A stretch of 64,000 bases of DNA from an uncultured Methanoregula sp. (GCA_964598015.1 CAZRAQ010000002.1:1488-65487), one strand, 5' to 3'. Counted from the stretch's first letter, positions 29,396 through 40,286 are shown. Made by a program: numbers and translations. Notes: generated from the sequence alone by a model not told the origin.

Positions 29396-30478
29396 ATGCA
29401 GGGGAATACTGCCTGCGCTGAGGGGGCACTCGCTGCAGGGTGCCGTTTCTTTGGGGGTTATCCGATAACCCCTTCGACAGAAGTGGCAGAGCATATGGCC
29501 CTCCGACTCCCGAAACTGGGTGGGGTATTCATCCAGATGGAGGATGAGATTGCTGGAATTGCCGCCGTAATCGGCGCTTCATGGACCGGTGCAAAGGCGA
29601 TGACTGCAACAAGCGGTCCAGGCTTCTCCCTGATGATGGAGAACATCGGGTATGCAGTTATGACGGAAACACCCTGTGTGATTGTCAACGTTCAGCGCGG
29701 AGGACCTTCGACCGGGCAGCCCACGATGTCCGGCCAGGGAGACATGCTCCAGTGCCGTTTTGGTTCCCACGGGGATTACAGCGTGATCGCTCTCTGTCCG
29801 GCAAGTGTCCAGGAGATGTTCGATCTCACGGTCGATGCATTCAACCTCGCAGAGCGCTTCAGGGTCCCGGTCTTCCTCATGGCCGATGAGATCATCGGGC
29901 ACATGCGGGAGAGACTGATCATCCCGGACACCGTTCTTCAAAGACACCGGAAACCGCTTGAACCTGGAGCCCCGCCATTCAGATCGGATGCGGATCTCGT
30001 ACCGGGATTTCCCGCGTTCGGGCAGGGTTACGGGGTGCATGTGACCGGCCTGACCCATGACGAACGCGGATATCCCTGCACCACCAGCCCGAAAATCCAT
30101 GAGGAACTCGTGAGACGGCTCGTTGAAAAAGTCGAAGGAGCCCGCGAATCGATTGCTGCCTGTGACATCATCAATCCCGAAGCAGAGACGGTCTTTATCT
30201 CCTACGGTGCACCGTCCCGTTCCGTGCAGCAGGTGCTCCATGATCACTCCAAAGAATGTATCGGTCATCTCAGGCTGAAGATGGTCTGGCCGTTTGCCGA
30301 GTCGCTCCTCTCCCGTTTTAAAAACGCGGATACATTCATCGTTCCTGAGCAGAACCTCGGCCAGATAGCCCGCGAGATTGAGAGGCACGTTGACGCGAGA
30401 GTGATCGCAGTCCCGAAACTGGGAGGCGATCTTCATACCCCTGGCGATCTCTACCGGATAGTTGAGGAGGTACGATGA
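29396..30478 (+). CDS. korA: 2-oxoglutarate:ferredoxin oxidoreductase alpha subunit
   Basis: MQGNTACAEGALAAGCRFFGGYPITPSTE is the typical OFOR alpha N-terminus. An alternative TTG start at 29378 would overlap the korD stop. Substrate is inferred from the sucCD/fum context. Confidence 0.9.
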   Translation: MQGNTACAEGALAAGCRFFGGYPITPSTEVAEHMALRLPKLGGVFIQMEDEIAGIAAVIGASWTGAKAMTATSGPGFSLMMENIGYAVMTETPCVIVNVQRGGPSTGQPTMSGQGDMLQCRFGSHGDYSVIALCPASVQEMFDLTVDAFNLAERFRVPVFLMADEIIGHMRERLIIPDTVLQRHRKPLEPGAPPFRSDADLVPGFPAFGQGYGVHVTGLTHDERGYPCTTSPKIHEELVRRLVEKVEGARESIAACDIINPEAETVFISYGAPSRSVQQVLHDHSKECIGHLRLKMVWPFAESLLSRFKNADTFIVPEQNLGQIAREIERHVDARVIAVPKLGGDLHTPGDLYRIVEEVR

Positions 30479-31263
30479 GCGAAGAGGAGTGGCTCAGGCA
30501 GGACCGTCTTCCTCACATCTTCTGCGCGGGATGCGGCAACGGTACGATCCTCAACTGCACGCTTGCGGCGGTCGGACAGATCGGCTGGAAGAAGGAGGAG
30601 ACCGTCTTTGTTTCGGGCATCGGGTGCTCATCGCGTGCACCCGGTTACATCTCCACCGATTCGCTCCATACCACGCACGGGAGAGCGCTTGCTTTTGCCA
30701 CGGGTATACGGCTGGCGAATCCGGGGCTGCATGTCGTTGTATTTACTGGAGACGGGGATCTCGCAGCAATCGGCGGGAACCACTTCATTCATGCATGCCG
30801 GAGAAATATCGACATAACCGTTGTCTGCATGAATAACATGATCTATGGGATGACCGGGGGTCAGGGAAGCCCGACCACCCCGATGGGGGGACTTTCAACG
30901 ACGACTCCGTATGGAACCGTGGAGCCGGCGTTTGACCTCTGCGGACTCGCTTCAGCAGCGGGGGCAAATTACGTCGCCAGATGGACCTCGTACCATGTCC
31001 GGGAACTCACCCGGGCAATCCTGACCGGTCTCGAGACCCCCGGATTTTCATTTATCGAATCGCTGGTGCAGTGCCCTACCAACTACGGCAGGAGAAACAG
31101 GTTCAAACAGGTCACCGACCAGATCGAGTATTTCAGGACCCATACCCTTCTCGTCGAAAAGGCAGCACGGATGAAGGAGAGAGGGGAGGAGGTCCCCGCT
31201 GACATGATTCTTTCCGGCGAGTTTGTGCGGCGCAACCGGCCTGCCCTGGGAGGAAAGCCATGA
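30475..31263 (+). CDS. korB: 2-oxoglutarate:ferredoxin oxidoreductase beta subunit (TPP-binding)
   Basis: FCAGCGNG...GIGCS...GDGD is the OFOR beta/TPP motif. It overlaps korA by 4 nt. Confidence 0.9.
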   Translation: MSEEEWLRQDRLPHIFCAGCGNGTILNCTLAAVGQIGWKKEETVFVSGIGCSSRAPGYISTDSLHTTHGRALAFATGIRLANPGLHVVVFTGDGDLAAIGGNHFIHACRRNIDITVVCMNNMIYGMTGGQGSPTTPMGGLSTTTPYGTVEPAFDLCGLASAAGANYVARWTSYHVRELTRAILTGLETPGFSFIESLVQCPTNYGRRNRFKQVTDQIEYFRTHTLLVEKAARMKERGEEVPADMILSGEFVRRNRPALGGKP

Positions 31264-31799
31264 GGCACGAGGTCAGGTTCTCCGGGTTTGGCGGGCAGGG
31301 AATAATTCTTGCTGCGGTCATTCTCGGGCGTGCAGCAGTCATGTACGACAATAAGTATGCAGTGCAGACCCAGGTGTACGGGCCTGAAGCGCGGGGAGGG
31401 GCTTCAATGAGCGCGGTGATAATCGATGACGAACCAGTCCTGTTTCCCAAGGTTACCACCCCGGACATCTATGTGATCATGTCCCAGGAAGGGTTTGAAA
31501 AATATGGAGAGTCGGCTTGCGGGGGATCAGAGATGCTCGTTGACAGCACGCTGGTCCATTCCCGCCCTGCCTGCCATTACATCGAGATCGCAGCTACCAG
31601 AGAGGCGCGGGAAACGCTGGGGAGGGATATCGTGGCAAACATCATCATGCTTGGAGCCCTTGTCGCGGCAACCGGGGTAGTGAGCAGGGATTCAATCGAG
31701 AAGGCAATCCTTGATTCCGTTCCGAAAGGGACCGAATCGTTGAATGTAAAAGCAATGAAAAGGGGCTTTGAACTGGCCGAAGAGGAGCAGAGCAGATGA
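31260..31799 (+). CDS. korG: 2-oxoglutarate:ferredoxin oxidoreductase gamma subunit
   Basis: 179 aa. RFSGFGGQGIILAA...YGPEARGG is the gamma-subunit signature. It overlaps korB by 4 nt. Confidence 0.9.
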   Translation: MRHEVRFSGFGGQGIILAAVILGRAAVMYDNKYAVQTQVYGPEARGGASMSAVIIDDEPVLFPKVTTPDIYVIMSQEGFEKYGESACGGSEMLVDSTLVHSRPACHYIEIAATREARETLGRDIVANIIMLGALVAATGVVSRDSIEKAILDSVPKGTESLNVKAMKRGFELAEEEQSR

Positions 31800-32881
31800 A
31801 ATTTCTTGAACATGAAGCAAAATCGGTCTTTGCCGAACAGGGGATCCCGGTGCCACGAAGTGTCCTTATCCGCTCAGCAGATGAGCTGTCGGCACACCTG
31901 GATAGTCTCCCTCCCGAATTTGTATTGAAAGCCCAGGTGGATGTCGGGGGACGCGGAAAAGCTGGCGGGATTCTGGTTGCAGACCGGCACAACGGGGTAG
32001 CAACTGCCAAATCCCTGTTTCAAAAGAGAATCAAAGGAGTACCTGTGCGGGAGATACTTGCGGAAGAACGACTTTCTATCATCCACGAGTACTATGCCAG
32101 CATCGCGATCGACCGGTCCACGAAAGAAGCACTCATTCTCTTTACTGAAGAGGGGGGAGTCGATATCGAAACGCTGGCGAGAGAACGCCCTTCTGCAATC
32201 CGGAGGGCATCTGTTCCCCTCCTGATGACGGAGATCCCCCCCTTTATGATCCGGGATCTTCTCGGGAAAGCACCGAAAGAGGCGGGCAAGGTTCTCCAGC
32301 ATCTGTACACAGTCTTTTGCAGAAAAGACGCGGTCCTTGCAGAGATAAATCCCCTTGTAACGACACCTGCCGGCATCTTTGCAGCCGATGCCAAGCTCAT
32401 TGTTGATGACAATGCCCTGAAGAGACAGGGTATCTCCCAGAACAGGGACCTTACCGAGCGTGAACGGGAAGCGGAGAGACACGGGTTCTCGTATGTCGAA
32501 CTTGAGGGGGATATCGGGGTCATCGGCAACGGGGCAGGCCTCACGATGGCGACGCTCGACCTGATCGATCATTTCCACGGAAAGGCTGCCAACTTCCTTG
32601 ATGTCGGGGGAGGTGCTGACCAGGAGCGCGTCATGCATGCGGTGAGGCTGGTTGCTGGCGTCCCCTCTGTCAGGGTTATTATTGTGAACCTTCTTGGCGG
32701 GATAACCCGGTGTGACGAGGTCGCCCGCGGGATCATTGATGCCAACATCAGCCAGGAAGTGATCGTCCGCCTTGCAGGGACCAACGAAGAAGAGGGCAAG
32801 TGCCTTCTCAAAGAGAAAGGATATCGTATGCTGGATTCCATGGAACTGGCGGTCAGGGCTGCAGTGGAGGCATCCAGATGA
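31796..32881 (+). CDS. sucC: succinyl-CoA synthetase beta subunit
   Basis: N-terminus is MKFLEHEAKSVFAEQGIPVP. The protein has ATP-grasp and ligase-CoA regions and overlaps korG by 4 nt. Confidence 0.95.
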   Translation: MKFLEHEAKSVFAEQGIPVPRSVLIRSADELSAHLDSLPPEFVLKAQVDVGGRGKAGGILVADRHNGVATAKSLFQKRIKGVPVREILAEERLSIIHEYYASIAIDRSTKEALILFTEEGGVDIETLARERPSAIRRASVPLLMTEIPPFMIRDLLGKAPKEAGKVLQHLYTVFCRKDAVLAEINPLVTTPAGIFAADAKLIVDDNALKRQGISQNRDLTEREREAERHGFSYVELEGDIGVIGNGAGLTMATLDLIDHFHGKAANFLDVGGGADQERVMHAVRLVAGVPSVRVIIVNLLGGITRCDEVARGIIDANISQEVIVRLAGTNEEEGKCLLKEKGYRMLDSMELAVRAAVEASR

Positions 32882-33744
32882 TTTATGCCGATAAATCCGC
32901 AGGCATCATTGTGACCGGTGCAACAGGACGCCAGGGTGCCTTTCATATAGCGCTCATGAATGAGTACGCAAAAAGTGTCGGAGGAGCCGGGGTGGTGGCC
33001 GGAGTCACGCCAGGAAAAGGTGACCAGGAGATACAGGGAGTACCCGTCTTTAACAGTATCAGGGACGCCCTGACCGAATGCGATGCACAGGTGAGCGTTA
33101 TCTTTGTGCCCGCTGGTGCTGCCGGGGACTCCATTATGGAATCGGCAAGTGCCGGGCTTTCCCTGGCCGTCACCATCACCGAGCATATACCGGTCCATGA
33201 TACGATGAAAGCGATCGCGTATGCAAAACTGCATGACTGCGCCGTCGTGGGACCAAACTGCCCGGGTCTCCTCTCTCCCGGTGAGATCAAACTCGGCATC
33301 ATGCCAGCCCATCTGTTCTCCAGAGGAAATGTCGGGGTCATCTCGCGGAGCGGAACCCTTACCTACGAAATAGTAGATGAACTCACCAAAGCCGGGCTTG
33401 GCCAGAGCACGGTGGTGGGTATTGGAGGGGATCCGGTCATCGGGCAGACATTTTCCGATGTCCTCCGGCGTTTTGAGGATGATGGCCAGACAAAAGCAGT
33501 GGTCCTTATCGGCGAGGTGGGGGGCGCTCTTGAAGAAGAGGGGGCCCGCTCCACTGATCTCCCCATAGCAGCCTACATAGCCGGAATATCGGCTCCTCCG
33601 GAAAAGAGGATGGGGCATGCCGGGGCTATCATCGAAGGAGGGGAGGGTGATGCCCGATCCAAGATCGAGCGGCTCCGGAAGATGGAAGTCCCTGTCGCCA
33701 GCCGGCCGTCCGAGATTCCAGGAATTGTGAAAAAATTAATCTGA
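32878..33744 (+). CDS. sucD: succinyl-CoA synthetase alpha subunit
   Basis: Start MIYADKSAG overlaps the sucC stop (ATGA). Also carries GATGRQG, SRSGTLTYE and MGHAGAI (phosphohistidine loop). Confidence 0.95.
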   Translation: MIYADKSAGIIVTGATGRQGAFHIALMNEYAKSVGGAGVVAGVTPGKGDQEIQGVPVFNSIRDALTECDAQVSVIFVPAGAAGDSIMESASAGLSLAVTITEHIPVHDTMKAIAYAKLHDCAVVGPNCPGLLSPGEIKLGIMPAHLFSRGNVGVISRSGTLTYEIVDELTKAGLGQSTVVGIGGDPVIGQTFSDVLRRFEDDGQTKAVVLIGEVGGALEEEGARSTDLPIAAYIAGISAPPEKRMGHAGAIIEGGEGDARSKIERLRKMEVPVASRPSEIPGIVKKLI

Positions 33745-33927
33745 ACACCTCTTTTTTGCATTTTTCATATGCTTTCCCGTGGTGTATCCGACAAATTTGC
33801 AGCAGACTTCCCGAGGGGAGGAGAGCCGCTCTTTGCCTACCAGAAAAGGATATCCTTCGATCCCCGGCTATCCTGAAAAAATATAAAGCCGGAAACCCAA
33901 TGAGAGGTACATCAGCGGGTTGATTCT

Positions 33928-34737
33928 ATGAATGCACACAACATCGATACTCCTGATCCTGCCAGGAAGGAAGAGGAGCCCGCCGGAGCAGAGCGATATC
34001 TATTCCCGGGTGAAAATCTCCGGATCTTCTCTCCGGATATCCAGATAAAAAAGATCAGGTTTGAATCGTATCTCACCAACAGGCGATTTTTTCTCATTGA
34101 TCAGAACGACCGGAAACCGGGGATAACCGCAAAGGAGATACCGATACAGTCGATAATCAGCAGCTATCTCGAAGAATCTCCCGCCCGGGAACCGGTCCTC
34201 GTCCTTACGGTAAGGACCTCGGATGACGACACCAGGATCATGAAGATGGTTTTCATGCACAACGGAGAGGACAGGGGAAGGGAAGCGGAAGAATGGGTCC
34301 ATCTCATTTCGCAGACCCTAACCACTGCGATGAGCGGGCGTACCCAGACGCCTGAGCCTGCCCCTGAAGCGCGGCCCCTCACGGATACCATCGTGTTCCC
34401 GGTATCCCGCACGCCGCCACCCGACAGCAGCAGTCCTCCCGGCAACATTCCCCCCCGTGTTCAATCATCTTCCAAACCTACCGCAGACCAGGCAGAGACC
34501 ACTCCAGCTGCCGTGACCCCGCATCCACCTGCCTCACAGATATCCTATTGCTATCATTGTGGGAAGAAGCTCCCGGAAAAGGCGAATTTCTGCCCGTTCT
34601 GCGGTACCCGTGCGCATGAGACGATGCACAAAGAGGAGTCTCATCTTCATCTCCCTCTTCACCAGTTCAGGGAACCGCCGGCAACACCTTCGCAGGAGAC
34701 AGAAAAAAAAGGGTGGAGACGTTTTTTCGGCAGATAA
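33928..34737 (+). CDS. hypothetical protein: PH/GRAM-like N-domain, Pro/Ser/Thr-rich linker, C-terminal zinc ribbon
   Basis: 269 aa. YCYHCGKKLPEKANFCPFCGTRA is a DZANK-type zinc ribbon. The N-terminal part (about 110 aa) resembles bacterial PH-like domains; that assignment is weak. Confidence 0.65.
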   Translation: MNAHNIDTPDPARKEEEPAGAERYLFPGENLRIFSPDIQIKKIRFESYLTNRRFFLIDQNDRKPGITAKEIPIQSIISSYLEESPAREPVLVLTVRTSDDDTRIMKMVFMHNGEDRGREAEEWVHLISQTLTTAMSGRTQTPEPAPEARPLTDTIVFPVSRTPPPDSSSPPGNIPPRVQSSSKPTADQAETTPAAVTPHPPASQISYCYHCGKKLPEKANFCPFCGTRAHETMHKEESHLHLPLHQFREPPATPSQETEKKGWRRFFGR

Positions 34738-34813
34738 CCGGATACCATTCCGATCACTCTTTTTTCGCCCCAGGAGTTTTTCCGCAGCAATCCAGAGGGA
34801 ACAAACGCCCCGC

Positions 34814-36070
34814 CTACCGATCCTTCCTTGCGATAACCATATGGACCGCACTGCCCTGGTGAAAGTCATCCCTGATAGATGTCTCATGGACAATCCTGAA
34901 ACCTGCCCCTGCCATTGCGGCACGGTATTCCAGGGTCATGAAGGGCTTTTCCCGTGTGTACCGATCCGTTCCCTTCTCTTCAGTCTCAAGGGTCCACAAC
35001 TGCCATTCGAGGGCATGGAACGGGTCATCGCGATCATTGTCATCAGACTGGACATTCACAAAAAGTCCACCTTCGTTCAATGCATCTGCGATTTTTTGGA
35101 GGAGTCCGGGACTTTTCCCGCTTGGATTCGAGGATGAGAAGATGAGATCATACCCGCCTCCGATAGCATCAGTGAAGAAATTACCGGGGATCGTATGCAC
35201 CCTGGCAGCCTGGTGATGGCTGATGGAGCGTCCGGCAAGGACCACGACATCGGGAAGATCGAAGACATATGCTTCGAGTCCGGGGTTCAGAGATGCGAGC
35301 GCGATGGCATAAAGGCCATGTCCCCCACCCAGATCGAGCATTTTTTTGGCCTTTGTGAATTCCGGCATCCCGACAATCTCACTGACCGTTCGCTGGAGTC
35401 TTCCTGTAAGGGCATTTTCAGCCATGGCCGGGAGGGCCAGATCCGCAAAGAATTCCTCGCGATGAAAAACGAACGGACCCTCGACGAGTCGCTCAGGCAG
35501 GCAGGCCCATATCTTTTCAAGAAACACTGCATTCTTATGGATATGACTTCGCTGGCAGAAGGGCGACCAGGAGACAAGGTACGTTGATGCAAGGTGACTG
35601 TTTGCATACCTCTCGTTGTTGTTGGTGATAATCCTGAAATGGAGAAGAATTTCGAGAAGGGGGAGCAGCCGTTTCTCGGCAATCCCTGTTGCAAGCGACA
35701 ACTCCTGAATCGTTCGCTGGCCTTTTTCCAGGAAGTCGAAAAGGTTGAGTGAACTAGCCGCATGCAGTGATGCAAATCCGATCAGGCCATGCATCCCCTC
35801 ATCAACCAGCGAAAAGAGGTTTTCCGGTGGTTCATCTGGTTCTTTGAGAAAATCAAGCATCAGATCACCTGCAGGTACGATACAAGGATACATATTGACA
35901 GGTCCCAGGCTAAATCTCTTTATACAGTCTGGCAGATACAATCTGGAAGATTTTCGAGAAGGACCGGAGGAAAAGTCCCCTTCCACAACGTCCATTCCAA
36001 AACCATGCATAGAGCATGTGCTGTTGGGGGGAAGTGGTGAATCAGGGTCTGGAGGATACATGCTGTTCAT
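34814..36070 (-). CDS. class I SAM-dependent O-methyltransferase (with winged-helix dimerisation-type N-domain)
   Basis: MLDLGGGHGLYAIALA is SAM motif I. The upstream LFDFLEKGQRTIQELSLATGI resembles the wHTH dimerisation domain of Methyltransf_2 enzymes. There is an N-terminal extension of about 70 aa. Confidence 0.8.
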   Translation of the reverse strand: MNSMYPPDPDSPLPPNSTCSMHGFGMDVVEGDFSSGPSRKSSRLYLPDCIKRFSLGPVNMYPCIVPAGDLMLDFLKEPDEPPENLFSLVDEGMHGLIGFASLHAASSLNLFDFLEKGQRTIQELSLATGIAEKRLLPLLEILLHFRIITNNNERYANSHLASTYLVSWSPFCQRSHIHKNAVFLEKIWACLPERLVEGPFVFHREEFFADLALPAMAENALTGRLQRTVSEIVGMPEFTKAKKMLDLGGGHGLYAIALASLNPGLEAYVFDLPDVVVLAGRSISHHQAARVHTIPGNFFTDAIGGGYDLIFSSSNPSGKSPGLLQKIADALNEGGLFVNVQSDDNDRDDPFHALEWQLWTLETEEKGTDRYTREKPFMTLEYRAAMAGAGFRIVHETSIRDDFHQGSAVHMVIARKDR

Positions 36071-36246
36071 CGAATTTCATCATCCTGAACAGTTTCGATC
36101 GAAAGAGAGAATGCAAGAGAACAAGGTTGATTCCTGATCCCTGATAACCACGAATCACGGTCTTTTTTTCACCTGTACCAAAAGGAATGATTAAATGATT
36201 TACCGTCGTTTTTATACTCATATTGTCTTTGGAGAATGAGGACCCG

Positions 36247-37449
36247 ATGAAGAGAAATATCAGAGTCGAAGCACTGCACCAGATTCCGCTCGAGAAGCAG
36301 GGGATCGAGCTTGTCGAGAGGAAATGCCTTGGCCACCCCGACAGCCTAGCCGATGGTGTGGCTGAGGCGATCAGCCGTGCATTGTCGAAGGCATACCTCG
36401 AAGAGTGCGGAGCGGTGCTCCACCATAATACCGATCAGGGCGAGATTGTTGCCGGTGAATCGATTCCAAAATACGGGGGTGGTAAGGTTATCCGGCCCAT
36501 CTACATGCTCCTTGACGGACGGGCGACAAAGCAGTTTGACGGGATCCATATCCCTACTGATACGATTGCGCTTGAGACGGCACGCAATTACCTCAGGACG
36601 ACGCTCACCAATCTCAATCTTGAACGCGACATCACGATCGACTGCCGCCTGGGTACCGGTTCAACGGATCTCCGTGATGTCTTCAAACCCTGTCAGGGGA
36701 ATATACCACGTGCCAATGACACCTCGTTTGGCGTCGGTCACGCTCCTTTTTCAGAGACAGAGACCATTGTCCTCGGCCTCTCGGATTATATCGACAGCAC
36801 CCTTCGTCCACGCTACCCGGCGATCGGCCAGGACATCAAGATCATGGGACTCCGGGAGGGAGATACCATCACCCTCACCATCGCGTCAGCGATTGTCGAC
36901 CGCTACTGCAGTGGTCTTTCCGAGTATATCGAAATCAAGGAGATCCTCCGGGAACATGCAGAGAAGGTTGCCCATACCTTCACTTCAAGAAAGGTCCTCG
37001 TCCAGGTCAACACGGCCGATGATATCGATACAGGAAGTGTATTTCTGACCGTAACAGGGACTTCTGCCGAGATGGGAGACGACGGTTCCGTAGGGCGGGG
37101 AAACCGGTGCAACGGCCTGATCACTCCGAACCGGCCGATGAGCATGGAGGCAACGAGCGGGAAAAATCCGATCAATCACATCGGAAAGATCTATAACCTA
37201 CTCTCTACCATGCTCGCAAGGGAATGCGTCAAGGAAGTCGACGGAATCGAAGAGATCTACATCAGACTCCTCTCCCAGATAGGGCATCCTATCGATCAGC
37301 CACTCGTGGCAAGTATCCAGGTTCTTCCAAAAGAGGAGGTCCGCCTCAACGAGCTGAACCGGGATATTGAGAGCATTGTCGATGCGGGACTCGCAGACAT
37401 CACCTGTATTACCGAGAAGATCATCCGTGGTGAAGTCAGGACGTTCTGA
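36247..37449 (+). CDS. mat: archaeal-type S-adenosylmethionine synthetase
   Basis: [22 protein letters not shown] and the length (about 400 aa) match archaeal MAT. Start was set at ATG 36247 rather than the track's TTG at 36223. Confidence 0.95.
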   Translation: MKRNIRVEALHQIPLEKQGIELVERKCLGHPDSLADGVAEAISRALSKAYLEECGAVLHHNTDQGEIVAGESIPKYGGGKVIRPIYMLLDGRATKQFDGIHIPTDTIALETARNYLRTTLTNLNLERDITIDCRLGTGSTDLRDVFKPCQGNIPRANDTSFGVGHAPFSETETIVLGLSDYIDSTLRPRYPAIGQDIKIMGLREGDTITLTIASAIVDRYCSGLSEYIEIKEILREHAEKVAHTFTSRKVLVQVNTADDIDTGSVFLTVTGTSAEMGDDGSVGRGNRCNGLITPNRPMSMEATSGKNPINHIGKIYNLLSTMLARECVKEVDGIEEIYIRLLSQIGHPIDQPLVASIQVLPKEEVRLNELNRDIESIVDAGLADITCITEKIIRGEVRTF

Positions 37450-37497
37450 TACACGGGAATGTGAGGATAACAATATCCGACACCGGAGTGGTCATCA

Positions 37498-38355
37498 ATG
37501 GTAAGGCTTGCTGTCCCGAACAAAGGCCGGATTGCAGCCCCGGTCCTGGAACTGATGGAAAAGAGCGGGCTCCATCTCCTTGACAAGGGTGAGCGGAGGC
37601 TGATTTCAAGGACCCCGGATCCCCATATCGAAGTGCTCTTTGCACGTCCCATCGATATCCCTGAATATGTGGCAAATGGGGCTGCCGATCTCGGAATTAC
37701 CGGGAGGGACATGGTGCGTGAGCGGGAGGTGGACGTAGAAGAGCTGCTTGACCTGAAGTTTGGCGGAGCCACACTCGTTGTCGCAGTAAAAGAAGAAGAC
37801 CCGGCATGCTCGGTAGGAGATCTGGCAGGAAAAAAAATTGCCACCGAATTTCCGGTGATAACGGCAGCTTTTTTCCGGAGTGAAGCGGTCCCGGTGACCA
37901 TTGTTCCGGTCGGCGGTGCCTGTGAAGTGACCCCTTACCTTGGCATTGCAGACGCGATTCTCGATCTCTCAAGCTCGGGTGACACTCTCCGTTCCAACAG
38001 GCTGCGTGTCATCAGAAAGGTATTTGACACAAGCACCATCCTCATTGGCAACAAACAGGCGATGACCACCCATGGCGAGAAGATTGAAGAGGTAGTCCTC
38101 GCGCTCGAGAGCGTGATACGGGCACGCGGCCAGTGTTACCTGATGATGAATGCAAACCGTGCATGCCTCGCGGAGATCACCAATGTGCTCCCGGGCCTTT
38201 CAGGTCCAACCGTGATGGAAGTTGCATCACATGATGACCTTGTCGCAGTGCATGCCGTTGTGAACGAGGACAGGGTCTATCGCCTCATCAACCGGCTGAA
38301 GCGGGCAGGAGCACGGGATATCCTCGTAATGTCCATCGAGCGGATGATACGCTGA
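37498..38355 (+). CDS. hisG: ATP phosphoribosyltransferase (long form)
   Basis: MVRLAVPNKGRI...DLGITGRD...SSGDTL. Confidence 0.95.
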   Translation: MVRLAVPNKGRIAAPVLELMEKSGLHLLDKGERRLISRTPDPHIEVLFARPIDIPEYVANGAADLGITGRDMVREREVDVEELLDLKFGGATLVVAVKEEDPACSVGDLAGKKIATEFPVITAAFFRSEAVPVTIVPVGGACEVTPYLGIADAILDLSSSGDTLRSNRLRVIRKVFDTSTILIGNKQAMTTHGEKIEEVVLALESVIRARGQCYLMMNANRACLAEITNVLPGLSGPTVMEVASHDDLVAVHAVVNEDRVYRLINRLKRAGARDILVMSIERMIR

Positions 38356-38356
38356 T

Positions 38357-39076
38357 ATGAAAGTCTTTCCTGCGGTCGATATCCTGTCAGGCAGATGTGT
38401 CCAGCTCGTTCAGGGAAAGCGAGAGACAGCAACCTCCTTTGGAGAACCAATCGATTGCGCCATGCGATGGATCAATGCCGGCGCCCGGGAACTCCACGTG
38501 GTGAACCTTGACGGTGCTTTTGGAAATTCCGCAAAGAATATCGCAACGATCAGGAGGATTATCAGCAGGACCGGTGTTACCGTCCAGCTGGGCGGGGGCA
38601 TCCGTTCCTATAAAGACGCGGCAGGATGGCTTGATGCCGGAGTCGAACGGGTGATTCTCGGGACTCTTGCGGTGGAGGACCCTGCGATGCTCACCCTGCT
38701 GTCTGATGCATTCGGCCGGGACAGGATAATGGCTGGTGTCGATGCACGGGAAGGAAAGATTGCGGTGGAAGGCTGGCAGAGGACGGGGGGGGATTACATC
38801 GGATGGGCTCAGACGTTTGAAGAGAGGGGCGCCGGCTCCCTCCTCTTCACGAATGTCGATGTCGAGGGTCTGCAGCAGGGGATTTGCAGCGGACCAGTAT
38901 CCCGGCTCATCAGTTCGGTACAAATACCTGTCATAGTGGCAGGGGGCATCTCGAGCAGGGAGGATGTGAGAGTATTAAAGGAGATCGGGGCGTATGGTGT
39001 AGTACTGGGATCAGCACTCTATTCAGGGAAGCTGACGCTCGGGGAAGCCCTGGAGGCTGCCGATGAGAAAGGCTGA
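38357..39076 (+). CDS. hisA: ProFAR isomerase HisA
   Basis: N-terminus is [20 protein letters not shown]. The protein shows the (beta/alpha)8 pattern with GGGIRS and GGIS. Confidence 0.95.
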   Translation: MKVFPAVDILSGRCVQLVQGKRETATSFGEPIDCAMRWINAGARELHVVNLDGAFGNSAKNIATIRRIISRTGVTVQLGGGIRSYKDAAGWLDAGVERVILGTLAVEDPAMLTLLSDAFGRDRIMAGVDAREGKIAVEGWQRTGGDYIGWAQTFEERGAGSLLFTNVDVEGLQQGICSGPVSRLISSVQIPVIVAGGISSREDVRVLKEIGAYGVVLGSALYSGKLTLGEALEAADEKG

Positions 39077-39644
39077 GGTATCACGTGAGACCAAGGAGAC
39101 CAGTGTCACTATCGTGCTGAATCTCGACGGGTCCGGCACGGTCCAGGCCGGAACCGGACTTCCGTTTCTCGATCACATGCTCCAGGCAATGGCCCGCCAT
39201 GGAAGGTTCGATCTGGAATGCAGTGCGAGCGGGGATCTCCAGGTGGATTCCCATCATACCGTCGAAGATATCGGCCTTGTTCTGGGAGAGACCATAAAAA
39301 GAGCGCTGGGTGATGGGCGTGGCATACAGAGATTTGCTCATGCCATGGTGCCCATGGACGAGTCCCTTGCCACCGTCGCCATGGACTGCGGTGGACGGGG
39401 GTTCCTCGTGTATCAGGGGTGTCTCTCCCATCCGGCACTGGGGGGGATCGAACGCGACAGTTTCGAACATTTTTTCCAGAGCCTCTGCGGAAAAGCCGGG
39501 CTGAATGTACATATCATCTTCCATGGCAGAAATGACCATCACCAGATGGAAGCGGTATTCAAGGCATTTGGAATAGCACTCCATGACGCATTGTCAATCG
39601 TGGCAGGAAGAGAAGATATTCCGAGCACGAAAGGCATCCTCTGA
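39063..39644 (+). CDS. hisB: imidazoleglycerol-phosphate dehydratase
   Basis: SRETKETSV...[10 protein letters not shown]...GRNDHH motifs. It overlaps hisA by 14 nt. Confidence 0.95.
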   Translation: MRKAEVSRETKETSVTIVLNLDGSGTVQAGTGLPFLDHMLQAMARHGRFDLECSASGDLQVDSHHTVEDIGLVLGETIKRALGDGRGIQRFAHAMVPMDESLATVAMDCGGRGFLVYQGCLSHPALGGIERDSFEHFFQSLCGKAGLNVHIIFHGRNDHHQMEAVFKAFGIALHDALSIVAGREDIPSTKGIL

Positions 39645-39880
39645 AAATCGCTCTGGTGGACGTCGAATCCCTGATTAGGTATCCTGTCCCTCCCAAAAAT
39701 GCATACCCCGTCACCTTTGTGTGGCGTTCGAACTGAAAGAAAAAGCCTGGATATTCACTGAAAGGGATAAAACCTGTAATATTTCAGGATTTTTGAGAAA
39801 AGAGCCTCATAAAAGAGTTTGATGCCACCTTTTTTTGATTGCTGCGGTTCTCACGTGCGATTCAAAGGTAATGGATGTAG

Positions 39881-40087
39881 TTATGCGGACTTCGCCGCAA
39901 GATCCACATCTTCTTCCTTGATAGTCTTTCTGCCCGCGTGGAGGGCCAGTCTGTTCGCTTCCTTTGTCAGGTTGGCGATGTAATCTTCCGCCTTTGCCAC
40001 AAGGGCGGCAGCTGCATCGGATCCAACTCTCTCAGCACCATTCTTTTTTGCAATTCTCACAACTGCAGCAATAGGTAAATCTGCCAT
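39881..40087 (-). CDS. archaeal histone (HMf family)
   Basis: 68 aa. LPIAAVVRIAKKNGAERV...A.HAGRKTIKEEDV is the histone-fold signature. Confidence 0.95.
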   Translation of the reverse strand: MADLPIAAVVRIAKKNGAERVGSDAAAALVAKAEDYIANLTKEANRLALHAGRKTIKEEDVDLAAKSA

Positions 40088-40286
40088 CTTCTATTACCTC
40101 AGGACAAAGGTATATCAGGAAATATTTAAAGATATCGTGAATTAAGGCCTTATTTTCTTCAAATAGGCTATCGGGAATCACATTGACCTCATCTTAGGAT
40201 ACACCCGGAGTATCCCCTTGAAAAAATGTAAAAATCGGGCATTTTATCCCCATTTTAAGTAATGAAATGTAAATATCCGATTAATT

